DNA of 64,000 bases from Phytoplasma sp. Lineage in GTDB: Bacteria > Bacillota_I > Bacilli_A > Acholeplasmatales > Acholeplasmataceae. The position numbers were made by a program, and so were the translations under genes. Under the pieces are notes generated by a model that saw only the letters and a program-made list of their open reading frames with translations, searched no databases and had not been told where the DNA came from. The stretch is from the NCBI RefSeq assembly GCF_035187685.1, contig NZ_CP131022.1:290217-354216 (forward strand), written 5' to 3'. Within the stretch, counting starts at the first letter, position 1. Each line of letters opens with the position of its first letter. Below, one piece after another: positions 29,928-42,114 of this stretch.

Positions 29928-31400
29928 TTATTTTTTTATTTTAAGCGATTCAAAAACTATTTTATCATTTTCTTTTATGATGAATTCTTTTTTATTTATA
30001 CAAGCTTCTAAGGTCGCTATATTTTTTTTTGCTTTATCTGTACGTTTTATTTTAATTTCGTCTTCTTTTGAAGTTGTTTCTACTGAAATGCTACCTTCTA
30101 AATCAAAAGCTGGACATTCATTTCTCCATGACAATAATTTTAAAAGATTTTTAACAATAGGGCGTTTGACTTGTTTTCGGATCTCTTCTAATGAATAGTA
30201 ATGTCGATTGATATTTCTACCTTCTTGAGAAGATTCTAATAATTTAATATCATTTTCTCCGGCTAATAATCCTACATAATAAATTTGAGGAATTCCTGGA
30301 GCGAATATTTGAAAAACGCGAGCTAATAAATAAGAATAATCATCATTACCTAAAGCAGAATAATAAGTTGTGTTAATTTGATATATATCTAAATTATTAT
30401 ATGAAGCCGAAGAATAAATTTTTTTAACATTAGCTCCTATTTTATATAATTTGTCAGAAGTATAATTAATTTCTTCATCTGTTAAAATCTCTCTAGCATC
30501 TACTACACCTATGCCATCATGAACATCTAAAGTAGTAAATTGTTTCATAGGTGAATTTTTTAACCAATGAGCTAAAGTTTTTGTTTTTCCTGAATACAGT
30601 GTATAAAGAACTATCAAAGGTAAAGCGAAATCATAAATAAAATAATTATGTTGACTAATTTTTTTTGAAATCTTATAATTTTCATGAATTTCTGGTAAAA
30701 TATCTACTTGTAAAGGTTTTAAAATATTATCGACTTCTTTTAATAGTTCCCATATTTCTGGTTCTACAAAAAAACAATTTGTATCTATTTTTTTACAAGC
30801 ATAAGCGAAAGCATCTAAACGAATTAAACTAGCTCCATGATTAGCCATATCTTTTAAAGTTTTTTTTATAAATTCTTTGGCTACTATATCTTTTATATTG
30901 ATATCAATTTGATCTACGCCGAATGTATTCCAAAGGTTTTCTGTTGTTCCATCTTCAAAATTAATAGTTTGAAAAGGTGCTTTATCTTTACGTTTATAAA
31001 TTAAATTAATATCTTTGTCGGTGGGTTTATTTGTTCCTTTTTGAGACCAAAATTTTTCCCAACGGATAAAAAAATTTTTATATTTTGATTGGTCATGATT
31101 TTTTTGAAATTCTTTATACATTACAGATGAAGATGAAATGTGATTGATCATAAAATCAAACATTAAATAATATTGTTTACTTAATTTTTCAATATCTTCC
31201 CATGTCCCAAATAAAGGTTCAACGATATTATAATCTGATGGCGAAAAACCACGATCACTTGTAGAAGGAAAAAAAGGTAAAATATGTATTCCACCTATAG
31301 CGTTACCTAAATTTTCTTTTAGAACTTTATTTAAATCTTGAAGATTTTGTCCTAATGAATCAGGATAAGTTATCAACATTACTTTGTTTTCGAATTTCAT
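29928..31400 (-). CDS. gtfA: Sucrose phosphorylase (GH13)
   Basis: 490 aa with N-terminal [26 protein letters not shown], the catalytic region [11 protein letters not shown], and LPEIHE and LDVHDGIG. Confidence 0.85.
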   Translation of the reverse strand: MKFENKVMLITYPDSLGQNLQDLNKVLKENLGNAIGGIHILPFFPSTSDRGFSPSDYNIVEPLFGTWEDIEKLSKQYYLMFDFMINHISSSSVMYKEFQKNHDQSKYKNFFIRWEKFWSQKGTNKPTDKDINLIYKRKDKAPFQTINFEDGTTENLWNTFGVDQIDINIKDIVAKEFIKKTLKDMANHGASLIRLDAFAYACKKIDTNCFFVEPEIWELLKEVDNILKPLQVDILPEIHENYKISKKISQHNYFIYDFALPLIVLYTLYSGKTKTLAHWLKNSPMKQFTTLDVHDGIGVVDAREILTDEEINYTSDKLYKIGANVKKIYSSASYNNLDIYQINTTYYSALGNDDYSYLLARVFQIFAPGIPQIYYVGLLAGENDIKLLESSQEGRNINRHYYSLEEIRKQVKRPIVKNLLKLLSWRNECPAFDLEGSISVETTSKEDEIKIKRTDKAKKNIATLEACINKKEFIIKENDKIVFESLKIKK

Positions 31401-32446
31401 TAATTATATGACCCTTATTATATAGAATTAAAATATTATTTTTGAATTTTTAATTTTTGTTATTTACAAAGAAATTATATTATTATTATAATAATTTTTG
31501 ACAATTTTTTTATTTAAATATTTTTTATTAATATTTATGAAAAAAATGTAAATTTATTAATCTTTTTTAGTATCATAAAACTAATAGGAATTATTTTTAT
31601 TTTATTTAAAAGATGATTTTGTTATTTTTGTTATTTAATGATAAAATTTTAAAAATTATTGAAAGCCTAAAGAAAAAAATATTTTTTTATTGTATTAAGA
31701 TTCTTTTATTCGATTTCAATCTTTTTCTTTTTGATATCTGAGGCCGTTTTTTAAAGAAAACTTTGTAAAACAGAAATTCCTGAATATTTTTATTTATTAA
31801 ATGTATTATGAATTAAAAATATAATAGTTTAAACATTTACATGATGCGAACAAATATGATATGTTTAAAAACAATAAAACAGTAATTTAGATAAAAAAAT
31901 AGAAATTACAGAATTAAAAAAATATTCGATTGACATAAAAAAATAAAAATGTTTATGAAAATTATGAAAATATTTTGTTGGTTCTGATGTTAATATAATA
32001 GCAAATTATTAATAGTAAATTATAAAATAACTTTGAATAAAATAAATTGCTATTTGTTATTTTTGAAAATTGCTTAAAGATATTTTAGGATTTTATTTTG
32101 TTTATAGTTATTTTATTTCTTTTTCTTTTGAAAAAAAATTAAAAAAATTTTGATCAAAATATCGTAGAAAGATAAAATATTTAACTTATTTCTTGCATAA
32201 GAAATAAAAAATTTCTACATTAATATATTTTATATAATATTTTATTATATAAAATAAAACTCAGAACTAAATTAGTTTTTTATTGAAAAAAGCTTTTATT
32301 TTTATAATAAATAACTAAAACATTGATAATAATAAATATCGGTAATATTATAAATGGACATTTAGTAAAGTATGGATTAGTAAAGTACGGAATAAAAACG
32401 AAGAGAGTAAGGACAAATAAATAAAAAATAAGATATAAATGTAAAA

Positions 32447-32486
32447 AACCAAATTATTTATTATTTGTTCAATAAATAATTTGGTT
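32447..32486. terminator. 16-bp-arm hairpin about 100 nt downstream of the minus-strand gene 32590-32955
   Basis: AACCAAATTATTTATT (32447-32462) pairs perfectly with AATAAATAATTTGGTT (32471-32486). Confidence 0.55.
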
Positions 32487-32589
32487 TATTAATTTTTGGG
32501 TTTTAATTATCTAAATTAAAATTATAAATAATCATTACTTTTTTAAGTATATTTTTATAAATTAATTCGAATATAATTAATTTTATTTT

Positions 32590-32955
32590 TTATTCAGAAT
32601 TTTTTCTTTTTTTGTTAAAATTAGAGGACATCAATTTTTTAAATCGAGCAAAACTATTTTTTTTATTTTTTTTTGTTGAAATTGATTCTTCGTTATTATC
32701 TAATAATTCTTTTTCTAATTCTTCTTCAGATGATATATCATTTTCTTGACTTATTCCATCGTTTGCAGGCGAATCATCATTTATTGTAGAAGAAGTGTTA
32801 GAAGAAATTACAGAATATTTATGATTTTTAGGCAGTAAAACAAAACAAAAAGCTAAAGAAGTTAAAAATGTAAACATAAATGTAATAATAAATAATTTTG
32901 CGCCGGTTGTAGCAAATGTATCTTTTTTATTAATTATTATAAATTCCTCATTCAT
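32590..32955 (-). CDS. Small secreted or membrane-anchored protein with an acidic middle and a basic NLS-like tail (effector candidate)
   Basis: 121 aa. Hydrophobic segment AKLFIITFMFTFLTSLAFCFVLL at residues 19-41, a Ser/Asp/Glu-rich centre, and the C-terminus KKNKKNSFARFKKLMSSNFNKKRKNSE. Confidence 0.45.
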   Translation of the reverse strand: MNEEFIIINKKDTFATTGAKLFIITFMFTFLTSLAFCFVLLPKNHKYSVISSNTSSTINDDSPANDGISQENDISSEEELEKELLDNNEESISTKKNKKNSFARFKKLMSSNFNKKRKNSE

Positions 32956-33013
32956 TTTTTATTTTTTATTTATTTTTTATTTATTTTTTATTTATTTTTT
33001 ATTTATTTTTTTA
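32956..33013. repeat. Tandem repeat, 11-bp unit ATTTTTTATTT, 4 perfect copies plus partial ends
   Basis: A residues fall at 32961, 32968, 32972, 32979, 32983, 32990, 32994, 33001 and 33005, giving 7,4 spacing. The array directly abuts the ATG of the minus-strand gene 32590-32955. Confidence 0.9.
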
Positions 33014-33654
33014 TAAAAAGTGGATTTATTTAAAAACCACCAAAACTATTATAAATGTTTTTTATATATTTGAAACATTTTTTGTAATAAAGTTTGTTTT
33101 TTTATTTTTTTAGATAAATTTATTATAATATATCTTGGAGTTATGTAAAAAATAAAAATTAGTTTAATTTACAAATCAAAATAAAAGGTTTTTTAGTTAA
33201 AATTATTCCTAATACAAAATATTATATAATTATTTTATTGAACATTTTGATTAGAAAAAGATTTAAATAAGATTAATTATAAAAAAGCAAAATAAGTTTT
33301 ATTTTTATATGTTACATTTATTTTTAAGTTATTTTTACAAATATTTTAGTTTTAATTTGTGCATCTAAAAAAGAAATAATTGTTTATTACTATTTTATTT
33401 TCAAATTTTTATGTTTTACAATAAAAAAATAAACAATGTAAAAACGTGAATATTTATTTAAATTATCTTATTTTTATGTTATAATTCTTTATAAATATTT
33501 TGTATTTATATAATCAAAAAATTAATAAAGAAATATTGTGAAAAATAAGAAAAGACTTTAATATTTATAGATATACAATATAAATTTTTGTATTCTTGTA
33601 TTCTTTTGAAGTTCATATTATACATACGATAATAAGGAGAATTGAATTTTACAA

Positions 33655-35574
33655 ATGGATAAAAATAAAAAATATAATGCTGATAGTATTAAAGTTTTAG
33701 AAGGATTAGAAGCGGTTAGACTAAGACCTGGGATGTATATCGGTTCTACTTCTGAAAAAGGTTTGTATCATTTGGTTTGGGAAATTATAGATAATTCTAT
33801 TGATGAATCTTTAGCAGGTTTTGCTAACGAAATTTTTTTAGAAATTTTAGAAAATAATGTTATTCGTGTTTCTGATAATGGAAGAGGAATTCCTGTCGAT
33901 ATTCATCCAAAAACTAATAAACCGGCTGTAGAAACTATTTTAACTACTTTACATGCAGGTGGTAAATTTGATAATTCTTCTTATAAAATTTCGGGTGGTT
34001 TACATGGAGTAGGCGCTTCTGTAGTTAACGCTCTTTCTTCTTGGTTTACAGTAGAAATTCATTTGAACAACGAAATATATTATCAAAAATATGAAAAAGG
34101 AATTCCTATAAACCCTTTAACTAAAAAAGGTTTTACTGACAAAAGAGGAACAATAATTACTTTTACTCCTGATCCAACTATTTTTGAAAATATGGAAAAT
34201 TTTACTTATAAATTAGATATTTTAAAAGAAAGAATTCAACAAATAGCTTTCCTAAATAAAAATATTAAATTGAAAATTATTGATAGAACAAAAGAACCAT
34301 TACAACAATTTGAATTTTATTATAAAGATGGCGTTAAAGAATATATTGCTTATTTAAATCAAAATAAAACAACTTTAAATCAAATTTTTTATAAAGAATA
34401 TTCTGCAGAGCAAATTGTTTACGAAATTACTTTTCAATATACAGAAAATTATACTCAGAATATTTATTCTTTTGTGAACAATATTCCTACTAAAGAAGGT
34501 GGAACTCATGAAGAAGGATTTAAAATATCTTTAAATAGAATATTGAATAAATACGCCAAAGAAAAAAAGTTTATAAAAAAAGAAGAAACTAGTTTGATCA
34601 GTGAAGATACTTTAGAAGGTATAACGGCTATTATTTCTTTAAAACATCATAATCCTTTGTTTGAAGGACAAACTAAAAATAAATTAGGTAATCAAGAAGT
34701 TAGGCAATTCGTCTCTAGGTCTTTCGGAGAATTTTTAGAAATTCATTTATTAGAAAACCCTCAAGAAGCTAAAAAAATTATGGATAAATGTTTATTATCT
34801 ATGAAAGCTAGGATAGCTGCTAAAAAAGTACGAGAAATAACTAGAAAAAAAATGTCTTTAGAATTATTAAATTTTAATTCTAAATTAACTGATTGTTATA
34901 CTAAAGATCCTAGTTTATCAGAATTATACATTGTAGAGGGTGATTCGGCAGGAGGTTCTGCTAAACAAGGTAGGGATTCTAAGTTTCAAGCTATTTTACC
35001 TTTAAGAGGTAAAATTATTAATGTAGAAAAATCACGTGTAGAAAAAGTTTTAAGTAATAATGAAATTGTTTCTTTGATACAAGCTATAGGTACTGGCATT
35101 GATAAAGAATTTAATTTAAATAAAGCTCGTTATCACCGTATTATTATTATGACAGATGCTGATGTTGATGGAGCGCATATTAGAATTTTAATACTTACTT
35201 TCTTTTTCAGAAATTTAAGACCTTTGATTGAAAATGGTTATGTTTATTTTGCGCAACCACCTTTATATAAAGTAGAAGATAGAAGTAAAAAACTTAAATA
35301 TTTTTATAATGAACAAGAATATACTAAATATAAAGATAGTTTGAAGCTTCAAAATAAACAAATTTCTTCTCAAAGATATAAAGGTTTAGGCGAAATGAAC
35401 CCCGAACAACTGTGGGAAACTACTATGGATCCGAGCAAAAGAACTTTATTAAGAGTATCTTTGGACGATGTTATAGAATCAGATAAAGTTTTTTATAAAT
35501 TAATGGGTAAAATGGTTGCTCAAAGAAAAGCATTTATTGAAGATAACGCTACTAAAGCAGAAATAGATGCTTAA
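33655..35574 (+). CDS. gyrB: DNA gyrase subunit B
   Basis: 639 aa with [56 protein letters not shown] and [12 protein letters not shown]. Confidence 0.95.
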   Translation: MDKNKKYNADSIKVLEGLEAVRLRPGMYIGSTSEKGLYHLVWEIIDNSIDESLAGFANEIFLEILENNVIRVSDNGRGIPVDIHPKTNKPAVETILTTLHAGGKFDNSSYKISGGLHGVGASVVNALSSWFTVEIHLNNEIYYQKYEKGIPINPLTKKGFTDKRGTIITFTPDPTIFENMENFTYKLDILKERIQQIAFLNKNIKLKIIDRTKEPLQQFEFYYKDGVKEYIAYLNQNKTTLNQIFYKEYSAEQIVYEITFQYTENYTQNIYSFVNNIPTKEGGTHEEGFKISLNRILNKYAKEKKFIKKEETSLISEDTLEGITAIISLKHHNPLFEGQTKNKLGNQEVRQFVSRSFGEFLEIHLLENPQEAKKIMDKCLLSMKARIAAKKVREITRKKMSLELLNFNSKLTDCYTKDPSLSELYIVEGDSAGGSAKQGRDSKFQAILPLRGKIINVEKSRVEKVLSNNEIVSLIQAIGTGIDKEFNLNKARYHRIIIMTDADVDGAHIRILILTFFFRNLRPLIENGYVYFAQPPLYKVEDRSKKLKYFYNEQEYTKYKDSLKLQNKQISSQRYKGLGEMNPEQLWETTMDPSKRTLLRVSLDDVIESDKVFYKLMGKMVAQRKAFIEDNATKAEIDA

Positions 35575-35618
35575 TAATTTCTTTATTTTTTTCAATATTA
35601 AAAAAGGCGATAAAAATT

Positions 35619-38144
35619 ATGTCAAACAAAATTAAAAAAAATATTTCTTTAACTGAAAATAATTCTGATATTGCTGAAAATATAGGGATTATTAAAGATG
35701 TTAATATTAATCAAGAAATGGAAAAAGCTTTTTTAGATTATTCCATGAGCGTTATTGTTTCTAGAGCTTTACCAGAAATCCAAGATGGTTTAAAACCAGT
35801 TCAAAGAAGAATTTTATATAGTATGAAAGAATTAGGTGTTTCTTATCAATCTAGTTATAAAAAAGCGGCTAGGGTTGTCGGTGATGTAATGGGTAAATAT
35901 CACCCTCACGGAGATAGTAGTATTTATGAAGCGATGGTAAGGATGGCTCAAAGTTTCAATTATCGTTATCCTTTAGTTGATGGACATGGTAATTTCGGGT
36001 CTATTGATGGCGATTCTGCAGCAGCAATGCGTTATACAGAAGTACGTATGTCTAAAATAGCAATGGAATTAATTAAAGAAATAGATCAAGAAACCATTGA
36101 TTTTGTAGATAATTATGATAATAGTGAAAAAGAACCTAATATTTTACCTACTAGTTTTCCTAATCTTTTAGTAAATGGGACTACAGGGATTGCGGTTGCA
36201 ATGGCAACTAATATTCCGTCTCATAATTTAGGCGAAGTAGTAGATGCTTTAATTGCTTATATAGATGATAAAACAATTTCTATTGTTGACTTAATGAAAT
36301 ATATTAAAGGTCCTGATTTTCCTACAGGAGGGGAACTTTTAGGCATTGATAAATTACAAGAAGCTTATGAAACAGGAAAAGGGAAAATTATTATTCGTTC
36401 TAAAACAGAAATTATCACTTCTGATAAAAATAAAAGCTCGATAGTCATTACCGAAATTCCTTATCAAATCAAAAAAAGTAATTTAATTAAAAATATTGTT
36501 TATTTATATAGAAACAAAATTTTAGATGGTATTACAGATTTAAGAGATGAATCTTCCAACCGTAAAGGGATTAGAATTGTTATTGATTTAAGAAAAGATA
36601 TTAATCCCAAAATCTTTTTAAACAATTTATATAAAAGATCTCGAGTTCAAATCTCTTTTCATTTCAATATGGTTGTTTTAATTGATAAAAAACCTAAATT
36701 AGTTAATTTGAAACAAATTTTAGAAGCTTTTTTTTCTTTTAGAATAAATATAATTAATCGTCAAAAACAATTTGAATTAAAAAATGCTTTAAAAAAACAA
36801 CATTTAATAAAAGCGGCAGTAATTATTTTAAATGATATTGATGATGCTGTTCAATTAATTAAAAGTTCTAAAGATGTTAAAGATGCACGTGAAAAATTAA
36901 TTTTAAAATATAATCTTGATGAACTTCAAAGTAAATATATTTTAGAAATGAGTTTACAAAGAATAACTAATTTAGAAATAGAAAAATTTAGAATCGAAGA
37001 ACAAAAATTAATTAAACAAATTGAAGAATGTAATTCAATTATTGAATCTCAAAGCAAAAAAGAAAATATTTTAAAAAAAGATTTACTTCAATTGAAAACA
37101 AATTTTAAAGACGAAAGAAAAACTTTTATTTGCAAAGATCAAGAATTTAATATAACTGATGAAGATTTAATCAAAAAAGATGGCATTTTAATTACTATTA
37201 CTAATAAAGGTTATATTAAACGTTTAGGAATAGATACTTATAAAAGACAAAATAAAGGCGGTACTGGTGTTAGCGGAATTACTATGAATGAAAACGATTT
37301 CGTTAAACATTTGGTTAATACCACAACTCATGATTATCAATTGTTTTTCACCAACAAAGGTAAAGTTTATCGTATGAAAGGTTATGAAATACCTGATTAC
37401 TCACGTCAAGCTAAAGGAATACCATTGATTAATTTAATTCCTTTAAGCGAAGGAGAATTTTTAACTTCTGTAGCAAGTTTAAAACCTGATTTGAAACAAA
37501 ATTATAAATATTTGGTTTTAATAACTAAAAAAGGTTTAATTAAAAGAAATAATATTAAAGATTATCAAAATATTCAAAATAAAGGTAAAATAGCATTTAA
37601 CTTGAAAAAAGATGATGAAGTTTTAACAGTTTTAAAAAGTATAGGTAACCAAGATATTATTATGGCTAGTTCTAATGGAAAAGCTATTCGTTTTAACGAA
37701 AAATCTATCAAACAAACTAGTAGAATGGGTAGTGGAGTTATCGGAATGAGATTAGATTCTGATGAAAACATCATAGGTGCTGCTGTTGTTCAATCAGATG
37801 AACAAGATATTTTAGTTGTAACTGAATTAGGTTATGGCAAGAAAAACAAAGTTGTCGAATATAAAAATCAAAAAAGAGGCGGAAAAGGTATTAAAACCTT
37901 AAAAGTTACTCCTAAAAATGGTAAAATTATTGCTTTAAAAATTGTTTTAAACGAAGATGAATTAATTTTAATTTCTGAACGAGGAAAAATTATTAGATTA
38001 GAAAATAATAATAAAATTCCAACTTTGAAATCTAAAGTTACTCAAGGCATCAAATTATCTAAATTAAAAGATAATGATAAATTATTCACAGTTGTTGTTA
38101 ATAAAAAAAGCAAAGATACAAATATAGATATTATAAGTGAATAA
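35619..38144 (+). CDS. gyrA: DNA gyrase subunit A
   Basis: 841 aa with [12 protein letters not shown], the QRDR region [20 protein letters not shown], the active-site region AAAMRYTE, and C-terminal beta-pinwheel repeats. Confidence 0.95.
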   Translation: MSNKIKKNISLTENNSDIAENIGIIKDVNINQEMEKAFLDYSMSVIVSRALPEIQDGLKPVQRRILYSMKELGVSYQSSYKKAARVVGDVMGKYHPHGDSSIYEAMVRMAQSFNYRYPLVDGHGNFGSIDGDSAAAMRYTEVRMSKIAMELIKEIDQETIDFVDNYDNSEKEPNILPTSFPNLLVNGTTGIAVAMATNIPSHNLGEVVDALIAYIDDKTISIVDLMKYIKGPDFPTGGELLGIDKLQEAYETGKGKIIIRSKTEIITSDKNKSSIVITEIPYQIKKSNLIKNIVYLYRNKILDGITDLRDESSNRKGIRIVIDLRKDINPKIFLNNLYKRSRVQISFHFNMVVLIDKKPKLVNLKQILEAFFSFRINIINRQKQFELKNALKKQHLIKAAVIILNDIDDAVQLIKSSKDVKDAREKLILKYNLDELQSKYILEMSLQRITNLEIEKFRIEEQKLIKQIEECNSIIESQSKKENILKKDLLQLKTNFKDERKTFICKDQEFNITDEDLIKKDGILITITNKGYIKRLGIDTYKRQNKGGTGVSGITMNENDFVKHLVNTTTHDYQLFFTNKGKVYRMKGYEIPDYSRQAKGIPLINLIPLSEGEFLTSVASLKPDLKQNYKYLVLITKKGLIKRNNIKDYQNIQNKGKIAFNLKKDDEVLTVLKSIGNQDIIMASSNGKAIRFNEKSIKQTSRMGSGVIGMRLDSDENIIGAAVVQSDEQDILVVTELGYGKKNKVVEYKNQKRGGKGIKTLKVTPKNGKIIALKIVLNEDELILISERGKIIRLENNNKIPTLKSKVTQGIKLSKLKDNDKLFTVVVNKKSKDTNIDIISE

Positions 38145-38163
38145 TTTTTTATTTGTAAATCAA

Positions 38164-38210
38164 AAAATCATCTAATTAAATTTTCCCAATTAGATGATTT
38201 TGATTTTTTA
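38164..38210 (+). terminator. Intrinsic terminator after gyrA
   Basis: AAAATCATCTAATT (38164-38177) pairs perfectly with AATTAGATGATTTT (38188-38201), followed by a T-rich run. Confidence 0.7.
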
Positions 38211-38255
38211 TTTTTTTTATCTTTATAAAAAAATTTACTAAGGTTTTTTTAAGAT

Positions 38256-38744
38256 ATGGAAATTGAAAAAAAAAAATATTCGAAAATAACTATTTCAGCA
38301 TTACAAACTAAAAAAATAGGAATACAACTTTGTCAAAAAATTATTAATAGACTTTTAAATAAAGAAACTCAAAAATATATTATTATTTTGGAAGGTCAAA
38401 TAGGTTCAGGCAAGACTATTTTAACTAAAGGGATCGCTAAAGAATTAGGAATTAAGTCTGAAATCAATAGTCCTAGTTTTATTTTGTTAAAAACTTATAC
38501 AAATGCTTTTAATAAATTACATCATTTAGATTTATATCGCCTTTTAAACGAACAGAAAACAACAAAACATTTAATAATAGAAATAGAAGAGTTATTAGAA
38601 AATGTAGAACAAGGTGATATTATAGTGATAGAGACAAACCAAAATATAAAATCTTTTTTCGAAGATTGGGATGTTTATATTAAAATTAATGTTTTAAATA
38701 GTAAAACAAGAAATATTTTGATAGAACAAAAAAATAAATTTTGA
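38256..38744 (+). CDS. tsaE: tRNA t6A37 biosynthesis ATPase TsaE
   Basis: 162 aa with the P-loop GQIGSGKTILTKG, plus SPSFILLKTY and HLDLYRL. Ends in TGA. Confidence 0.8.
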   Translation: MEIEKKKYSKITISALQTKKIGIQLCQKIINRLLNKETQKYIIILEGQIGSGKTILTKGIAKELGIKSEINSPSFILLKTYTNAFNKLHHLDLYRLLNEQKTTKHLIIEIEELLENVEQGDIIVIETNQNIKSFFEDWDVYIKINVLNSKTRNILIEQKNKF

Positions 38745-38791
38745 TCAAATTATATTATTCGCTTACATAATAAGAAAGAGTATTTTAAGAT

Positions 38792-39361
38792 ATGGAATCA
38801 TCTAGAACAAAAAAATATATTATTTTAGATGTTTCTGCTAGTGTTCAAATAGTTATTTTGAGTACTAAAGATACAATTATTAGTATAAAAAAAAAGACAT
38901 TCAAACAAGATTTTGTCTCTGGTATGATTCCTTTGATTTCCGACATATTAAATGAAAATAAATTGAGTTTAAAAGATTTATATGGCATTATTGTAGGTAT
39001 AGGCCCTGGTTCTTATATAGGTAGTAGATTATCTGTTTTGACATCTAAAATTTTAGCTTTAGAATTGAATATACCTTTATATCAAATAAGCAGTTTATTA
39101 TTGTTATCAAGTGGTTACAAGGAAAACATTCTAACTCCTAAAATTTATGCTAAAAAAAATTTTTTTTATAGTTTAAGTTTAGAAAATAATAAAATAATTT
39201 TATCAGAAAATATTTATAAAAAAGATTTTTTAAATAATTTTATAAATAATTTCTTATTAGATGAAAGTAATTTTAAATTTTCACCTCAAAAAATTTTTTT
39301 TTATATGAAGAAAGTTTTAGAACCTTCTTCTTTGATTCCTAAATATTATACTCATTATTAA
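38792..39361 (+). CDS. tsaB: tRNA t6A37 biosynthesis protein TsaB (YeaZ-like)
   Basis: 189 aa with ILDVSASV and GIIVGIGPGSYIGSRLSV. It sits between tsaE and tsaD. Confidence 0.7.
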   Translation: MESSRTKKYIILDVSASVQIVILSTKDTIISIKKKTFKQDFVSGMIPLISDILNENKLSLKDLYGIIVGIGPGSYIGSRLSVLTSKILALELNIPLYQISSLLLLSSGYKENILTPKIYAKKNFFYSLSLENNKIILSENIYKKDFLNNFINNFLLDESNFKFSPQKIFFYMKKVLEPSSLIPKYYTHY

Positions 39362-39419
39362 AAAATCAATTTTATTTCTTTTGGACTAAAAAAATAAGAA
39401 ATTAGGTTTTTGTATTATT

Positions 39420-40421
39420 ATGATTATTTTATCGATTGAAACTAGTTGTGATGAAACAAGTATTGCGGTTACTGAAAATGGTAAAAAAATTTTATCTAAT
39501 ATTATTTTTTCACAAATAAAATACCATCAACAATTTGGTGGTGTAGTGCCAGAATTAGCTTCACGTAAACATTTAGAAGTTATTACTTTTGTTTTAAAAC
39601 AATCTTTAAAAAAAGCTAATATTACTCCTCAAGAAATTGATTTGGTTGCAGTTACACAAGGGCCAGGTTTAATTGGTTCTTTGTTTGCTGGAATTAATTT
39701 CGCGAATACATTTGCTTATGTTCATGATAAACCTTTAATAGGAGTTAATCATTTAATAGGGCATATATATGCTGCTCAAATAGAAAACGAAATAAAATTT
39801 CCTTCTTTAGTTCTTTTAGTTTCAGGCGGTCATACCGAATTATTTTATCTAAAAAAACACTTTCAAATTGAAAAATTAGGTCATACTTTAGACGATGCTG
39901 TTGGCGAAGTTTATGATAAAATTGCTAGAAGTTTAAAATTAGGTTATCCTGGTGGAATTATTATTGAAAAATTAGCTTTGAAAGGGCAAGATGTTTGTTC
40001 TTTTACGCGACCTTATTTAAACAATAAAAATTTAAATTTTAGTTTTTCTGGTTTAAAAAGTCAAGTTATTAATTTTATTGATAAAAAAAAGAATAATTTA
40101 GAATTACATATGAAGGATATTTGTGCTTCTTTTCAAAATAGTATAATAGATGTTTTAATAAATAAAACTAAAAAAGCTTTAGCTTTGTGTTTTGCTAAAC
40201 AATTAATAATTGTAGGCGGTGTAGCTTCTAACCAATTTTTAAAAAAACAATTTCAAAATACTTTTCAAAATTTAGAATTAGTAGTTCCTTCACCGCATTA
40301 TTGCACTGATCAAGCGGCTATGATTGGCATCGCTGCTTATTATCAAAATCTTTTGAGTTTCCCTAAAGGAAAAAAACAATATAATTTAACAGCAGTTCCT
40401 GATTTGTCTTTATTTTTTTAA
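39420..40421 (+). CDS. tsaD: tRNA N6-adenosine threonylcarbamoyltransferase TsaD
   Basis: 333 aa with [35 protein letters not shown] and GGVASN. Confidence 0.9.
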   Translation: MIILSIETSCDETSIAVTENGKKILSNIIFSQIKYHQQFGGVVPELASRKHLEVITFVLKQSLKKANITPQEIDLVAVTQGPGLIGSLFAGINFANTFAYVHDKPLIGVNHLIGHIYAAQIENEIKFPSLVLLVSGGHTELFYLKKHFQIEKLGHTLDDAVGEVYDKIARSLKLGYPGGIIIEKLALKGQDVCSFTRPYLNNKNLNFSFSGLKSQVINFIDKKKNNLELHMKDICASFQNSIIDVLINKTKKALALCFAKQLIIVGGVASNQFLKKQFQNTFQNLELVVPSPHYCTDQAAMIGIAAYYQNLLSFPKGKKQYNLTAVPDLSLFF

Positions 40422-40469
40422 TAACTGCAAAATATAAAATATATTTTTATTAGCGAGGAAATTAATTTA

Positions 40470-42098
40470 ATGTCTCAATTATGTAAAGAATCAAATTTTA
40501 TTAAAAGTATTATTAAAAAAGATTTAAAAGAAAAAAAATATACAAAAATAATTACTCGTTTTCCTCCCGAACCTAATGGTTTTCTTCATTTAGGGCATGC
40601 TCGAGCTATTATTATTAATTTTGAATTAGCAAAATTTTTTAATGGCCAAACTTATTTAAGATATGACGATACCAATCCTAATGTAGAAGAACAAAAATAT
40701 GTAGATTTTATTTTAAAAGATATTCGATGGTTAGGTTATCAACCAGATAAAATTTGTTTTGCTTCTGATTATTTTGAAGAAATTTTTGAAAGAGCAATTG
40801 TATTAATAAAAAAAGGCTTAGCTTTTGTAGATGATTTTAGTCCAGAAGAAATCAAAGGACAAAGAGGAGATTTACTACGACCAGGTAAAAATTCTCCTTA
40901 TCGCGAACGAACGGTAGAAGAGAATTTAGATTTATTTTTAAAAATGAAAGAAGGCATTTTTCCAGAAGGAACTAAAGTTTTAAGAGCTAAAATTGATATG
41001 GCTAGTCCTAATATTAATCTAAGAGATCCTGTTTTGTATAAAATTTTGAACGCTTATACTTTTAAAAAAAAACATTATTTTATTTTTCCTTTATATGATT
41101 TTGCTCACCCTTTAGAAGATTCTATCGAAGGTATTAGCCATTCTTTGTGTTCTTTAGAATTTGAAAACCATCGCCCTTTATACGAATGGGTCTTAAAAGA
41201 AACTGAAACAAAACATATTCCTACTCAAATAGAATTTGGGCGTCTTAATATTAATAAAACAGTTTTAAGTAAAAAAAGTTTAAAATTTTTAGTTAATTCT
41301 GGTTTAGTTAGTGGTTGGGACGATCCTAGAATGCCTACTTTAAGGGGTTTGAAAAATAGAGGTTATACACCAAAATCTATTAAAAAATTTATTTGGGAAA
41401 TTGGCTTGTCCAAAAATAATTCTCATATTAATCAAGAAATGTTAGAATCTTTTGTTCGAGAAGATTTACAAAATAAAGCAAAAAAAATAATGGTTGTTAG
41501 CGATCCTTTAAAAATAACTATTATTAATTATCCAGATAATCAAATAGAATTTCGTGATATTCCTTATCATAACAAGATTGAATTAGGAATGAGAAAAGTT
41601 TTTTTTTCTAAACATCTTTATATTGAAAGAAAAGATTTTCAAATTGAAAAATCAGATTCTAAATCTAAAAAATTTTTCTTAAATGGTGAAATTAGATTGT
41701 TTTATTTTTATTTTATTAAAGCTGTTGAAGTTATTAAAAATAAACAAGGCGAAATTATTGAAATTTTAGCTACTTACGATCCTAAGACTAAAAGTGGTAC
41801 TAATTTTAAAGAAAGAAAACCTAATGGTACTATTCATTTTGTAGAAATTAATACAGCAAAAAAAATTATTATAAATTTTTATCAAACGCTTTTTAATAAA
41901 GATAATCCCCAAAATTTAGAGATCGATTTTAACCATTCTTCTTTAGAAATAAAAGAGAGTTTTATTGAAGGTGGAATAAAAAATATTCAAAAGAATGAAA
42001 AATTTCAATTCATCCGTAAAGGTTATTTTTCTTATGTTGATAGAGAAACTAAAATACCACATTTTAATGAAATTATTTCTTTAAAAAAAATTAAATAA
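40470..42098 (+). CDS. glnS: Glutaminyl-tRNA synthetase
   Basis: 542 aa. The GlnRS-type N-terminus TRFPPEPNGFLHLGHARAI carries HIGH as HLGH. RYDDTNP and a KMSKS equivalent, VLSKKS, are present. The length and C-terminal beta-barrel region fit GlnRS rather than GluRS. Confidence 0.8.
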   Translation: MSQLCKESNFIKSIIKKDLKEKKYTKIITRFPPEPNGFLHLGHARAIIINFELAKFFNGQTYLRYDDTNPNVEEQKYVDFILKDIRWLGYQPDKICFASDYFEEIFERAIVLIKKGLAFVDDFSPEEIKGQRGDLLRPGKNSPYRERTVEENLDLFLKMKEGIFPEGTKVLRAKIDMASPNINLRDPVLYKILNAYTFKKKHYFIFPLYDFAHPLEDSIEGISHSLCSLEFENHRPLYEWVLKETETKHIPTQIEFGRLNINKTVLSKKSLKFLVNSGLVSGWDDPRMPTLRGLKNRGYTPKSIKKFIWEIGLSKNNSHINQEMLESFVREDLQNKAKKIMVVSDPLKITIINYPDNQIEFRDIPYHNKIELGMRKVFFSKHLYIERKDFQIEKSDSKSKKFFLNGEIRLFYFYFIKAVEVIKNKQGEIIEILATYDPKTKSGTNFKERKPNGTIHFVEINTAKKIIINFYQTLFNKDNPQNLEIDFNHSSLEIKESFIEGGIKNIQKNEKFQFIRKGYFSYVDRETKIPHFNEIISLKKIK

Positions 42099-42114
42099 AG
42101 AAAAAAATAAAAAT

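Noticed and set aside
33014-33654. A possible replication origin near gyrB or near rpmH-rnpA-yidC.
   Set aside because: No dnaA or dnaN gene and no cluster of TTATCCACA-like boxes are present. Only isolated near-matches occur (TGTGGATTT near 3405 and TGTGGATGC near 56175).
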